Positions 55,661 through 64,000 of a stretch of 64,000 nt of DNA are shown one piece after another; within the stretch, counting starts at the first letter, position 1, and each line of letters begins with the position of its first letter. Made by a program: the position numbers and the translations under genes. The DNA comes from an uncultured Candidatus Berkelbacteria bacterium. Lineage in GTDB: Bacteria > Patescibacteriota > UBA1384 > UBA12157 > JAENIV01. Under the pieces are notes generated by a model, which saw only the letters and a program-made list of their open reading frames with translations, had not been told where the DNA came from and did no database searches. The stretch is from assembly GCA_963698075.1 (NCBI GenBank), contig OY969116.1:465830-529829 (forward strand), in the 5' to 3' direction.

Positions 55661-57873
55661 TATTCTCTTCGCGAAATTCCATCAATCGACTTTGTCACCC
55701 GTAGCTTTAGCGAAGGGTGAACTTGATGGTTATGTATAATCTGCTTATTATCTGAACCTAATGTTTCTACCGGTGGAATATGTTTATTTGGCGGATCTTG
55801 AATATCTTTCAGCCCGATATTGCCATTCTTTCTAATTCTGATAACTCCGGTTCTCACCCCCAGAAAAACGGCGCAGCCGATCAGCATCATAAACAACAAC
55901 TCCGTCAGCGTCGGTACAGAGGTAAAGGTGACTGTGGCAGTGGCGTAGATGATAGTATCGCCAGTGTTGTGCCATTTTGCCCAAATAGTATAGGTGGTGT
56001 TGGAGGGAAAATTGTTGTTGGCACAGCTTTGAATGTCCTCGGCGTTGCTATTCGCCGCCACATCTAAACCGGTTTTTTCCCAGGTAAAGTTAGCCTCGGA
56101 AGCCCAGGCGGCTGATCCGGCGCAAGCCGCCGTTATGTACGTTTCGTCAATATCCGGAATGCCATCGCTATCACCGTCAATGAAAATGATGTATTTAATG
56201 TGGGTGCCGGTGCGGTTGGCGCTCGTATTGTTATAGGCGGTGGCGGTGACAGTGATAGTTTGACCTAACGTTGGATAAGAACCCGAATCGGTGGCCACCG
56301 TCATGTAAGAAGTATTTCGCCAGTACTGATACGAAAATCCCTGCTGCGGATGATTGGGTTTAGTACCCAAAGAGGAAGCGGAGGCCATATTGCTCCAAGC
56401 CAAATTTCCCGAAGAATCCATCGTGAGTTTATAAGCGACAATTTGATTAGTTGAATCAGAAAGAGATTGGATTAATTCGGCAGGGTTAAACGGATTCATG
56501 TCCGTGTCGTAACGGCCGCGGGTATCGTTTATGGAGGGCGTACTGGTATAATCACTAGGCGAAGAAATGGCTCCGCCGTTTATGGCATATTTGTAGCCGA
56601 TCCCTGTTCCGGTATTGTCGTCATAAGATATGTACCATTTCGTATTGCCATTATTTGTCAGCCATCCGGTTGTTACCTTCTTTGATCCCACAGAAACCGT
56701 CGTTTCGGTGCTTGTATCCACATTCGCATAACCGGTCCAAGGCCCGGTACCGTCCCAATAGCCTGCCGACATGTCAAAGCTGACGCCCCCTATGCCTGCC
56801 ATCGCCATTTTGTTTGAAAGGGGATCTGCAGAAAGGTCTATCGTCATACACTCATCCGCCGGCCCCGGCAATGTGGTCAGTGCCGACCAAGTACAACCTG
56901 AAGTTCCTCCCGTGCATGTCATATACCGGTAACCATTCGTGCCGCTGGCGCCGGCCGAATTTCCCCAGACAACCATATATTCACCTGACAAAGATTCCGC
57001 TTGAACATCAAAGTTATCGCTATCACCTACTGCACTTTGATGCTCCATAGACGTTTCTATTTGCTTAAAGTTTGTGAAAGCAGAGCCACTCCATATCGCT
57101 CCACCTAAATCGGCATTAGTGGCGGCATTGTCGAGCCAAACCCAGGCGCTCAAATTTTGAGCAGACCTGCCGTCGCGGGCGGCTTTGACCCACATTACAG
57201 TCGCGCTTGTTGCGGTGGTAGTGGTTGGAAAATTCGCCGCGGCAGCCCAATTTGCGGTTCCACAACCTGTGCTTCCCGCTTTAGTTCGGTAGGCCAAAGC
57301 GTTGACCGCAGCTGTGTTTCTCGAATAGGCTACAGTGACATCACCGGTGGCTGTTTCATAAGCAATATCAAACCGCCGAGTGGTCGGCGTGCCAGCGCCT
57401 GCCACTGCCACAGTCCAATCTTCAGACCAGGTTGTGCCGTCATAACAGAGTACCCGCAAATTTCCGGAAGTGTCCTGGTAGCCGGCAATCGCTTCTCGCC
57501 TGGTCGGTGAAGTTTTAATTTGATTGATTACTGGTTGAGCGCCGACCACAGTACCGGCGTTCGCCGAAAAATCATTGGTTGCATTATCATACGTTCTAAA
57601 TTGTGGGGTTGTATTTCCCGAGGCGGCATAAAAAAGGATGCCATCGCCATTACTGGCCGTCGCGTAAGCTTTCTTTGGCGCGACACCGCTAAAAATGCCA
57701 ACGACAATAGTCGCGATGAGCAGCCAGGCAATTTGTCGTGCCAGCCATCGAGCCGAAACTGAAAACTTAAATGGCAAAACTAAGAGCTTCATGAAAAAGG
57801 ATAGAAGATTAATCTTTTTAGTTTGTTGCTGTTGTTTTAACATTTGCGTTTTTAGCTTTAAGTTTTTTGCCAT
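55645..57873 (-). CDS. Secreted 742-aa protein with a Lys/Gln-rich N-terminal extension, signal peptide and a C-terminal motif-TM-basic segment; unknown domains
   Basis: Start set at MAKNLKLKTQ (57873), because the longer ORF would overlap the upstream gene. Signal peptide AWLLIATIVVGIFSGVAPKKAYA. About 50% GC. C-terminal VPTLTE-LLFMMLIGCAVFLGV-RTGVIRIRKN is followed by about 65 more residues. Confidence 0.5.
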   Translation of the reverse strand: MAKNLKLKTQMLKQQQQTKKINLLSFFMKLLVLPFKFSVSARWLARQIAWLLIATIVVGIFSGVAPKKAYATASNGDGILFYAASGNTTPQFRTYDNATNDFSANAGTVVGAQPVINQIKTSPTRREAIAGYQDTSGNLRVLCYDGTTWSEDWTVAVAGAGTPTTRRFDIAYETATGDVTVAYSRNTAAVNALAYRTKAGSTGCGTANWAAAANFPTTTTATSATVMWVKAARDGRSAQNLSAWVWLDNAATNADLGGAIWSGSAFTNFKQIETSMEHQSAVGDSDNFDVQAESLSGEYMVVWGNSAGASGTNGYRYMTCTGGTSGCTWSALTTLPGPADECMTIDLSADPLSNKMAMAGIGGVSFDMSAGYWDGTGPWTGYANVDTSTETTVSVGSKKVTTGWLTNNGNTKWYISYDDNTGTGIGYKYAINGGAISSPSDYTSTPSINDTRGRYDTDMNPFNPAELIQSLSDSTNQIVAYKLTMDSSGNLAWSNMASASSLGTKPNHPQQGFSYQYWRNTSYMTVATDSGSYPTLGQTITVTATAYNNTSANRTGTHIKYIIFIDGDSDGIPDIDETYITAACAGSAAWASEANFTWEKTGLDVAANSNAEDIQSCANNNFPSNTTYTIWAKWHNTGDTIIYATATVTFTSVPTLTELLFMMLIGCAVFLGVRTGVIRIRKNGNIGLKDIQDPPNKHIPPVETLGSDNKQIIHNHQVHPSLKLRVTKSIDGISRREYKTKS
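57761..57873 (-). repeat. Copy R3 of the repeat family (fused in-frame as the N-terminus of the 742-aa protein)
   Basis: Same sequence family as R1 and R2. It encodes MAKNLKLKTQMLKQQQQTKKINLLSFFMKLLVLPFKFS. Confidence 0.55.
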
Positions 57874-57874
57874 A

Positions 57875-58255
57875 TTAAACCTCGCTCTTCCTAAGGAAGT
57901 CTTCAAAATCGTCCTCGCGGATGCGGTAGAATTTACCAATCTTTATCGCTTTTAGTTTCTTTTGCTTTATAAGACGCGCGACATAGGTGCGGTGGATCTT
58001 TAAGGTTTCCGCGACATCATCAATCGTCAATATCGCGACAAGTTTGCCGCCGATAAGCTTTTCTAACTGATCTTCTCTAATACGATAAAAGCGGCCGATC
58101 TTTAAGGCCGCTAATTTGTCCGTCTTTATAAGCGTCGCGACATAGGTGCGGTGTACTTTCAGTATCTCGGCTATCTCTTCAATTGTGTACACCCCCACAC
58201 CAAATTTTTTGGTAGTGGGGGTAAATTCTGGTTTTCTATTCTTGTCGCTATTCAT
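57875..58255 (-). CDS. Tandem double helix-turn-helix DNA-binding protein (excisionase/Xis-MerR-type HTH x2)
   Basis: Two internally repeated modules, IEEIAEILKVHRTYVATLIKTDKLAALKIGRFYRIREDQLEKL and IDDVAETLKIHRTYVARLIKQKKLKAIKIGKFYRIREDDFEDF. Confidence 0.6.
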   Translation of the reverse strand: MNSDKNRKPEFTPTTKKFGVGVYTIEEIAEILKVHRTYVATLIKTDKLAALKIGRFYRIREDQLEKLIGGKLVAILTIDDVAETLKIHRTYVARLIKQKKLKAIKIGKFYRIREDDFEDFLRKSEV

Positions 58256-58526
58256 TTTTATACATAAATGTCTATCAAAACGACTTTATATTTACTAAAA
58301 TATCTTGATTTTATACAAAATGTCTTAATTGAGTCAAAAAGACTCAATTTAATTTTATCTGTCTTTATTTAACACAATATAACATTCTGCTGTCAAGTCC
58401 TCGTCTATCTCTCCTTTTGGTTGTGGATATTTTTTCTTACCTGTGGATAACTTTTTCGCTTGGCGTCGGTTTTACCCAACGAAATTTTCGTCTAGATGTC
58501 ATTTCCCTGTCGCGAAGATGTCTTGA

Positions 58527-58555
58527 CATTGTCACGACACATTATATATATTAAT
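58527..58555 (+). promoter_or_regulatory. Sigma70-like promoter upstream of the four-helix-bundle gene, inside a region with repeated ATGTC(T/A)T motifs
   Basis: TTGACA at 58527-58532, spacer TTGTCACGACACATTAT (17 nt), then TATATA. A TAGGAGGG ribosome-binding site precedes the ATG. Five ATGTCNT-like repeats lie between 58265 and 58545. Confidence 0.4.
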
Positions 58556-58586
58556 AGTAGGAGGGTTGTGACAACGCAAAACTTAA

Positions 58587-58964
58587 ATGGCAAAACTCAA
58601 AGTTACAACAGAAAACTCAAAGCAGAATCTGAAATATCGTTCTTACCTATATTCTTTAGAGATCGTTAAATTTGTCGTGGCTTTGCCGCATTCAAAGATT
58701 ACAGAAATTATGGGTGCGCAACTTTTGCGGTGTGGAACAAGTACGGGAGCTAATATTGTTGAAGCCCAAGCAGGCACATCGAGAAAAGACTTTATTAATT
58801 TTTATTCTCATGCTTTAAAATCAGCCAATGAGGCCAAATTTTGGTTATGTTTATTTCGCGATTCTAAGACTAGCAATCGAGACAAAGTTCTCTTTTTGTT
58901 AGATGAAACCATCCAAATAGCCAATATGCTTGCTAAAAGCATCTTAACTTTGAAAGGTAAATAA
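58587..58964 (+). CDS. Four-helix-bundle protein (TIGR02436 / 23S rRNA intervening-sequence-protein family)
   Basis: YRSYLYSLEIVKFV...QLLRCGTSTGANIVEAQAG.S.KDFINFYSHALKSANE pattern. Confidence 0.65.
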   Translation: MAKLKVTTENSKQNLKYRSYLYSLEIVKFVVALPHSKITEIMGAQLLRCGTSTGANIVEAQAGTSRKDFINFYSHALKSANEAKFWLCLFRDSKTSNRDKVLFLLDETIQIANMLAKSILTLKGK

Positions 58965-58965
58965 T

Positions 58966-59012
58966 CTTTTTAGATTTTTACTGAATTTTTAACATTTAAC
59001 ATTTTAGTTTTG
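58966..59012 (+). repeat. Partial copy R5 of the repeat family
   Basis: AATCTTTTTAGATTTTTACTGAATTTTTAACATTTAACATTTTAGTTTTGAGC matches the 3' half of R2 and R3. Confidence 0.45.
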
Positions 59013-59582
59013 AGCTTGGAGAAGATTATGGACGATTTAATTACCTTAACCGATGCCGCGACACTTGTCGGCAAAAACTTAAGAACCATCCAGCGCTATA
59101 TTCAAAACGGCCAACTGACGCGTCATAAGAAAGATGGCAAAAACTTTGTCAGCCACAAGGAGCTCGAGAGCAAATTCAATGTTAAAACGACAAAATCGCC
59201 AGAATCTGTCGTCACTCAAAAAACCGAAGACGCGACAAAGACGCGTCAAGAGCCGTCTGTCAATGATTACCAAAAAAAATGGGTCGAAGAGATCCAAAAG
59301 CACGCCGAAACTCGCGAAGAGTTGGGCATTTGGAAGGGCCGAGCCGAGGCCTATCAGGCCTTTGCCAGCCGGCTCTTGGGTACAGGCCCCAACGGGGTAA
59401 ACGAAAAAATTGGTTTAGAGCAAAATCCGCCAGAAAGCATGCGAAATAAAAAAGACGAGCCGATTATCAATGTCAACCGCTCGCCCCAAATGCCATATTC
59501 CTTAATTTATTATATCGCCTTCGCGGTTCTCTTTGTGATTTTAATTCTTTTATTTGTCTTGATTAGAATTTATACGTCCTAA
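59010..59582 (+). CDS. HTH DNA-binding protein with a C-terminal TM segment
   Basis: N-terminal ITLTDAATLVGKNLRTIQRYIQNGQL helix-turn-helix. C-terminal hydrophobic helix IYYIAFAVLFVILILLFVLIRI. Confidence 0.4.
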   Translation: MSLEKIMDDLITLTDAATLVGKNLRTIQRYIQNGQLTRHKKDGKNFVSHKELESKFNVKTTKSPESVVTQKTEDATKTRQEPSVNDYQKKWVEEIQKHAETREELGIWKGRAEAYQAFASRLLGTGPNGVNEKIGLEQNPPESMRNKKDEPIINVNRSPQMPYSLIYYIAFAVLFVILILLFVLIRIYTS

Positions 59583-59600
59583 ATTGGCTCCAAGCCAATC

Positions 59601-60065
59601 TCAAGGCTTCCAAATTTTTAAATTAAACTCTTTTTCAAAGATCTTAAAATGTTGATCAAAAGTTAAGATATAGTTGACACCATATTCCTGCGCGATAATG
59701 ACCGAAGCGCAATCGGCAAAACTAAGGTCTTTTTGTTTAACACTTCTAAATAACTCCCAAGTTTTACGCTCTATCGCTTCGTCAATTAAAAACTCGCCAA
59801 TCGCCCCATAAAAAACCAGAGAAAAAATCCATTTGCCAAATTTAAGGGCTTTTTTTCGGCCGGCACGCATACTCAAAACTGTTAAGACCTCGTAAATAAC
59901 CAAATTACTGGTCAAACGCGGTACATCGGAAGGTAAATCTTGAATAAGTTTTTTCGCTTTCTGGTGATCAATATCTTCTCTATTAAACCAGGCAATCAGA
60001 ATATTCGAATCAATAAAAATTGACCTTTTAGTGCCAGGCTTTAATTTAGCCATAAACCACCTCAT
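59601..60065 (-). CDS. vapC: PIN-domain toxin (VapC-like)
   Basis: N-terminal IFIDSNILIAW acidic PIN motif. About 150 aa. Overlaps the upstream RHH antitoxin gene by 20 nt. Confidence 0.6.
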   Translation of the reverse strand: MRWFMAKLKPGTKRSIFIDSNILIAWFNREDIDHQKAKKLIQDLPSDVPRLTSNLVIYEVLTVLSMRAGRKKALKFGKWIFSLVFYGAIGEFLIDEAIERKTWELFRSVKQKDLSFADCASVIIAQEYGVNYILTFDQHFKIFEKEFNLKIWKP

Positions 60066-60285
60066 CTATTCTCCGAGAGAGATCTTTCGGGACACCTTTC
60101 CAGGATAATTTTTCGCCCTCCCTGACTAAATCCATCGCAATGGCCCGGAAACTTTTTGCTTGAGGAGTAATCTTATAGGTAATTCTCTCTCTGATGACTT
60201 CAGAAAGACTGATATTTTTCCGGCGGGACTGATAAGAGAGCTCCTGGTAAAGCTCTTCGGGCAAATAAATTTGGGTTCTTTTCAT
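60046..60285 (-). CDS. vapB: Ribbon-helix-helix antitoxin (VapB/CopG-like)
   Basis: MKRTQIYLPEELYQELSYQSRRKNISLSEVIRERI is a RHH fold signature. Confidence 0.55.
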   Translation of the reverse strand: MKRTQIYLPEELYQELSYQSRRKNISLSEVIRERITYKITPQAKSFRAIAMDLVREGEKLSWKGVPKDLSRRIDEVVYG

Positions 60286-60387
60286 AATTATCCTTTCTGT
60301 ATTTATTATACATTATGATGTATATTTGTCAAGAGGCAATTTGGGAGGTTTACAATCGAACCAAAGATATGTATTATAATGGTGTAT

Positions 60388-60462
60388 TCCCCGGTAGCTC
60401 AATGGTAGAGCATCGCCCTGTTAAGGCGCTGGTTGTCCGTTCGAATCGGACCCGGGGAGCCA
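60388..60462 (+). tRNA. tRNA-Asn (anticodon GTT), CCA encoded
   Basis: TCCCCGG-TA-GCTC-AATGGTA-GAGC-A-TCGCC-CTGTTAA-GGCGC-TGGTT-GTCCG-TTCGAAT-CGGAC-CCGGGGA-G-CCA. A TATAAT box lies at 60375-60380, 7 nt upstream. Confidence 0.85.
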
Positions 60463-60470
60463 ACATCAAC

Positions 60471-60974
60471 ATGGATCAAAATAATTCAGAGCGAAAAGAA
60501 AATCTTCAGCTTCCCAAGATTATTTGTGGGATTTTAACTCTGGTGACCATCGCCACCATTCTCTTGGGATTCTATTATAAGAATCCATTTATCATAATTT
60601 GCGGCATTTTCCCAGCCGCGATCTATGAGATGGTCCGAACTGAAGGCTATTATACCCGCTCGGGCTCAATCATCATCACCATTTTAGTAATTTTAGAGAT
60701 CTTGGCCATCAAAGGCATCCTCAAATTCAATCTCAGCCAATGGCTGGGCCGCGATCAGGTCTATTTGAGCGGTTATTGGTTGCCTTTAGGCGATATTACT
60801 TTTATCTTTCCCGCCGTTGCCGTCATTATCTCGATTGTCCTCTTTTTCCGCACCTACGGCATTTATACCAAATGGCTGGCAATCTTGCTTTTAGCCAGTT
60901 CAGCTTGCCTGCTTTACTTAGTCAATAAAGAAACTCTTTTTGAACTAATTAGAACCCAAAATTATCTATTTTAA
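60471..60974 (+). CDS. Membrane protein (about 5 TM segments, 167 aa); the start is trimmed to follow the tRNA-Asn
   Basis: The longer predicted ORF overlaps the tRNA. The first in-frame ATG after the tRNA is at 60471. Confidence 0.4.
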   Translation: MDQNNSERKENLQLPKIICGILTLVTIATILLGFYYKNPFIIICGIFPAAIYEMVRTEGYYTRSGSIIITILVILEILAIKGILKFNLSQWLGRDQVYLSGYWLPLGDITFIFPAVAVIISIVLFFRTYGIYTKWLAILLLASSACLLYLVNKETLFELIRTQNYLF

Positions 60975-62108
60975 ATAGTCCTTTAATTTCCCCGCCTGTT
61001 CGTCTTTTTTGAGTTTCTGTAAAGATTTGGCCTCAATTTGACGGATGCGCTCGCGGGTAACGCCGAATTCTTTGCCGACCTCTTCCAAAGTATGGGTCCG
61101 GCCGTCTTCGAGACCAAAACGCATTTTGAGGATTTTTTGTTCGCGTGGAGATAAAAACACCAGCGATTCGCCGACATGACCTCTCATTAACTGATAAATG
61201 GCATTTTCTTCTGGTGACAAGGATACTTTGTCTTCAATAAAGTCGCCCAGACGCGAGTCTTCTTCTTCACCAACTGGTGTCTCAAGCGAGACGGTTTCTT
61301 GGGAAATCTTAAGGATATGCTCGACTTTTTCCACTGGTAAACCCATTTCCGCGGCAATTTCCTCTGGTAGGGGCTCGCGGCCCAAATCTTGAACTAATTG
61401 CCGCTGGGTGCGGATCATTTTGTTGATGGTTTCCACCATATGGACCGGGATCCGGATGGTCCGCGCCTGGTCGGCAATCGCCCGGGTAATGGCCTGACGA
61501 ATCCACCAAGTGGCATAAGTCGAAAATTTATAGCCCTTATGATAGTCAAACTTTTCCACCGCTCGAAGCAATCCCGTATTCCCTTCCTGGATAAGATCCA
61601 ATAAAGATAAACCTCGGCCAATGTATTTTTTGGCAATGGAGACGACTAGGCGTAAATTGGCCTCAGCCAGTTTCCTTTTGGCGGTTTCATCCCCGGCTTC
61701 AATTCTTTTGGCTAAGCGAATCTCATCTTCAGTTGATAAAAGGGAGATTTTACCAATTTCTCGTAAGTACATCCTCACCGAATCATCGGAAATATCTTTC
61801 AGTTCGCCGACTTTCTGCGTCCCCTCCTCTTGGATTTCCAAAAGTTTTTTGCCCTCTTTGACATCAATCGCCTGCAAGAAAAACTCGTCATAAAGAGCAT
61901 CCAGAAGAGCGACTTTCTTTTCCGGCTCTGGAAAGGCTTGCATGATTTCTTGATAGGTAACAAAACCATGCTGATGACCTTTTTCCAGAAGGGCCTCCAG
62001 TTCAGGGGAATATTTAACTTCTTTTTCTTTTTTATTCTTTATCTTTCGACTCACATACCTTGATACAGGCGGAACTCTCGGTTTTCTAATTTTATCTACT
62101 GATTTCAT
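60966..62108 (-). CDS. rpoD: RNA polymerase primary sigma factor (sigma70/SigA)
   Basis: Regions 1.2 through 4 are present. The region 2.4 motif is [54 protein letters not shown]. The C-terminal region 4.2 HTH is [20 protein letters not shown]. Confidence 0.9.
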   Translation of the reverse strand: MKSVDKIRKPRVPPVSRYVSRKIKNKKEKEVKYSPELEALLEKGHQHGFVTYQEIMQAFPEPEKKVALLDALYDEFFLQAIDVKEGKKLLEIQEEGTQKVGELKDISDDSVRMYLREIGKISLLSTEDEIRLAKRIEAGDETAKRKLAEANLRLVVSIAKKYIGRGLSLLDLIQEGNTGLLRAVEKFDYHKGYKFSTYATWWIRQAITRAIADQARTIRIPVHMVETINKMIRTQRQLVQDLGREPLPEEIAAEMGLPVEKVEHILKISQETVSLETPVGEEEDSRLGDFIEDKVSLSPEENAIYQLMRGHVGESLVFLSPREQKILKMRFGLEDGRTHTLEEVGKEFGVTRERIRQIEAKSLQKLKKDEQAGKLKDYLK

Positions 62109-63813
62109 CCTGAAACTCCTTAATTAATTTTTTTAAACGATCAAAGTCTCGTGCGTTCTCTGCTTTTTTGATCTCTTGGGCGTAATGTTCCCTGAGATCT
62201 TCTTTAGTATCCTTCTTCATGTGGCTAATCGCCTGAGCAAAATCTTGATTAATTAGGTCCTTATCGTCTTCATACAATTTTTCCGCTTCTGCTATCAAAT
62301 TATCAATCAAAATATTGATCTCGCGAGAGACGGTGTTTTTTAATCTTTTAAGAACGTTTTTCTTATCTTTATAGTACTCGCTTTCGAGACCCGTGTAAAT
62401 CGTCGCGAGATTTTTATTCTTAAAATTTTCTAATTTTATTTTTCCATGAGTCTCCGGAATTTTCTCAGGCGAAAAGAGCATTATGGCCAGAAGCAAACCT
62501 TCAGCGTCGATATTTCCTTTTTTTATCTGGGGTGGTTTTAGCTTTTCTTGTCTGGCTCGAGAGACTTTTGTTAGAGCGTCAAAGACGACGTCTTCATTAA
62601 CTTCTAATCTTTTTGATAATAAATTTACAAAATGGGCTTGTTCAATCGAATCGGGGATAATCTTAATGACCGGCAAAATTTCTCGGGCGATTTCTTTCTT
62701 TTGTTGTGATGTCAATTTCTCATCGCTAGTCTCTAGTCGTTGGAATGCTATCTGAAAGTACCAATCAATAACCGATTGGGCGTTTTTAACCGCCTCCTGC
62801 CATAGTTTGGGATCAGCGGCGATCATTTCGCCGGGATCTTTGAAAGCACCAAGGTTCACCATCCGGACATTAAAGCCCTCGGTAATTGCCATTTCGTAGG
62901 CCTTTTTCGCTGTCGTCAGACCCGCGGTGTCGCTATCAAAGGCAAAAATAATGTTGGGTGTATAACGATACAAAATTAGTAAATGCTCGGCTGTCAGCGC
63001 CGTTCCCGAGGTGGCGACGACATTTTTAACGCCGGCTTGGTGTGAGGCAATCACATCCATTTGACCTTCAACCACGATGGTAACTCTTTCTTGCTTGATG
63101 GGACCGCGGGCCTGGTTTAAATTGTAAAGAATCCGTCCTTTATGAAAGATGATGGTCTCGGCAGTATTGAGATATTTCGGTTCTTGATCGGTAGATATCG
63201 CCCGGCCGGTAAAAGCAATCGTATTTCCCATGGCATCTCTGATGGGAAACATAATCCGGCGAAAAAAACGGTTGGGCGAACCCGCGGATTCAATTTCCGA
63301 TTTCCTAAAGCCCTTCTTGATAAGAAAGCCCTCAAGTATTTTGGTGCTGGGAGCATAGCCCACCATAAAATCTTTAATTGTCTGAGTTGTTATCCCCCGC
63401 TTTTTAAGATATTCTCTGGCCATTTTGCCGGCTGGATGATCAAGAAGAATTTTTTGAAAAACTTTGGCGGATAAATTATTGATCTGGAAAAGCCGGGTTT
63501 TCCGATCTTTCCCCTCTTCTGGTTTGAAACTTCGGCGGCGAAGTTGAACCCCAGCGCGTTCCGCCAGCATGCGCAGGGCTTCCGGAAACTCTAAGTTCTC
63601 CATTTTCATCACAAAGGAAAAAATATCCCCGCCTTCACCGCAGCCGAAACATTTAAAAATTTGCTTTTCACCGGAAACCATAAACGAGGGCGTTTTTTCC
63701 TGATGAAAAGGACAGAGCGCCCGGTAGTTGGCGCCAGCTTTTTTAAGCGTGAGGTATGTCGAGATAAAATCAACAATATCCAGCCGACGCTTTATTTCTT
63801 CGACTTCATCCAT
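62092..63813 (-). CDS. dnaG: DNA primase DnaG
   Basis: N-terminal CHC2 zinc finger [26 protein letters not shown] and a TOPRIM domain [10 protein letters not shown]...DSDTAG. It sits immediately upstream of rpoD. Confidence 0.9.
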   Translation of the reverse strand: MDEVEEIKRRLDIVDFISTYLTLKKAGANYRALCPFHQEKTPSFMVSGEKQIFKCFGCGEGGDIFSFVMKMENLEFPEALRMLAERAGVQLRRRSFKPEEGKDRKTRLFQINNLSAKVFQKILLDHPAGKMAREYLKKRGITTQTIKDFMVGYAPSTKILEGFLIKKGFRKSEIESAGSPNRFFRRIMFPIRDAMGNTIAFTGRAISTDQEPKYLNTAETIIFHKGRILYNLNQARGPIKQERVTIVVEGQMDVIASHQAGVKNVVATSGTALTAEHLLILYRYTPNIIFAFDSDTAGLTTAKKAYEMAITEGFNVRMVNLGAFKDPGEMIAADPKLWQEAVKNAQSVIDWYFQIAFQRLETSDEKLTSQQKKEIAREILPVIKIIPDSIEQAHFVNLLSKRLEVNEDVVFDALTKVSRARQEKLKPPQIKKGNIDAEGLLLAIMLFSPEKIPETHGKIKLENFKNKNLATIYTGLESEYYKDKKNVLKRLKNTVSREINILIDNLIAEAEKLYEDDKDLINQDFAQAISHMKKDTKEDLREHYAQEIKKAENARDFDRLKKLIKEFQDEISR

Positions 63814-63854
63814 AGTGATTTCAATATATCAGAAAAGTTTCTAAAAACAATTTG

Positions 63855-63998
63855 TTAGCAGCCAGTGTCTTTTTGCAACAAGGGGCTGTTGATTTTTTCT
63901 TCGTAGGCCAAGATAGTGGCGACGTTTTTGTTCTCTAGGGTCGACAGCATTGATTCACTAAAATTCTCATCAACATGATACCAGCTTTTCGTGGCAAA
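63855..63998 (-). CDS. Partial CDS (C-terminal 47 aa of an upstream gene; the 5' end runs off the window)
   Basis: One frame reads through to ...NSPLLQKDTGC-stop. Identity unknown. Confidence 0.25.
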   Translation of the reverse strand, partial: FATKSWYHVDENFSESMLSTLENKNVATILAYEEKINSPLLQKDTGC

Positions 63999-64000
63999 GT

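Noticed and set aside
55645-55850. Calling VPTLTE-TM-RIRKN a bona fide exosortase sorting signal
   Set aside because: About 65 residues follow it, whereas known PEP-CTERM or PGF-CTERM signals are at the extreme C-terminus. It is kept only as a hedged hypothesis in the findings.
57874-57939. A 22-codon N-terminal extension of the large secreted protein ORF (MVNSTASARTILKTSLGRARFN)
   Set aside because: It overlaps the 3' end of the tandem-HTH gene. The repeat-encoded ATG at 57873 gives a sensible start shared with the R2 and R1 copies.
60315-60470. N-terminal 52 codons of the predicted 219-aa ORF
   Set aside because: They overlap a well-formed tRNA-Asn(GTT) at 60388-60462. The ORF was trimmed to the first ATG after the tRNA.

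Overview
This 64 kb window is low-GC overall (roughly 35-40% GC by eye) with several sharply GC-richer islands. Most genes are on the minus strand. It appears to come from a Gram-positive-type or CPR-like bacterium with an elaborate cell envelope.

Housekeeping genes I recognise from motifs: lepA, a CCA-adding enzyme, murJ, ftsH, an FtsB/DivIC-like protein, an L,D-transpeptidase, and the dnaG-rpoD pair. There is also a VapBC-like toxin-antitoxin pair.

Surface and secretion genes:
- two LPXTG proteins and a sortase elsewhere in the window
- a SipW-type signal peptidase next to a TasA/camelysin-like protein
- a CAP-domain protein
- an FN3-containing membrane protein
- a 2431-aa LamG-domain giant protein

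From about 32.5 to 55.5 kb there is a large glycan-biosynthesis locus. It holds GT2 and GT4 enzymes, three GT-C-type membrane proteins, Wzx, GtrA, a deacetylase, methyltransferases, two radical SAM enzymes and an exosortase-family protein. The exosortase sits beside a processive GT2 synthase and a large polytopic membrane protein. This reminds me of the Gram-positive XrtG exosortase arrangement; that attribution is from memory, not a database check.

The most unusual content is at two tRNA loci.
- At 14.4 kb a complete tRNA-Met(CAU) gene lies inside the anticodon loop of a second CAU tRNA gene and is bracketed by a perfect 10-bp inverted repeat. An initiator-like tRNA nearby is partly duplicated around a GIY-YIG nuclease gene.
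- At 23.2 kb, next to an IS200/RAYT-like element, the same nested architecture recurs. An intact tRNA-Ile(UAU) flanked by a 12-bp inverted repeat sits between tRNA halves and debris.

Other notable content:
- a ~105-bp repeat family (three full and two partial copies) that encodes the N-terminal leader of a 742-aa secreted protein and reappears as mini-ORFs upstream of the exosortase and another gene
- a GT4-radical SAM/SPASM fusion protein
- a GC-rich intergenic island with divergent sigma70-like promoters and a roughly 245-nt candidate structured RNA
- a ~2 kb GC-rich island carrying a Cys-rich peptide ORF and an AgaS-like isomerase
- inverted repeats bracketing a GT2 gene

No rRNA or CRISPR array was seen.
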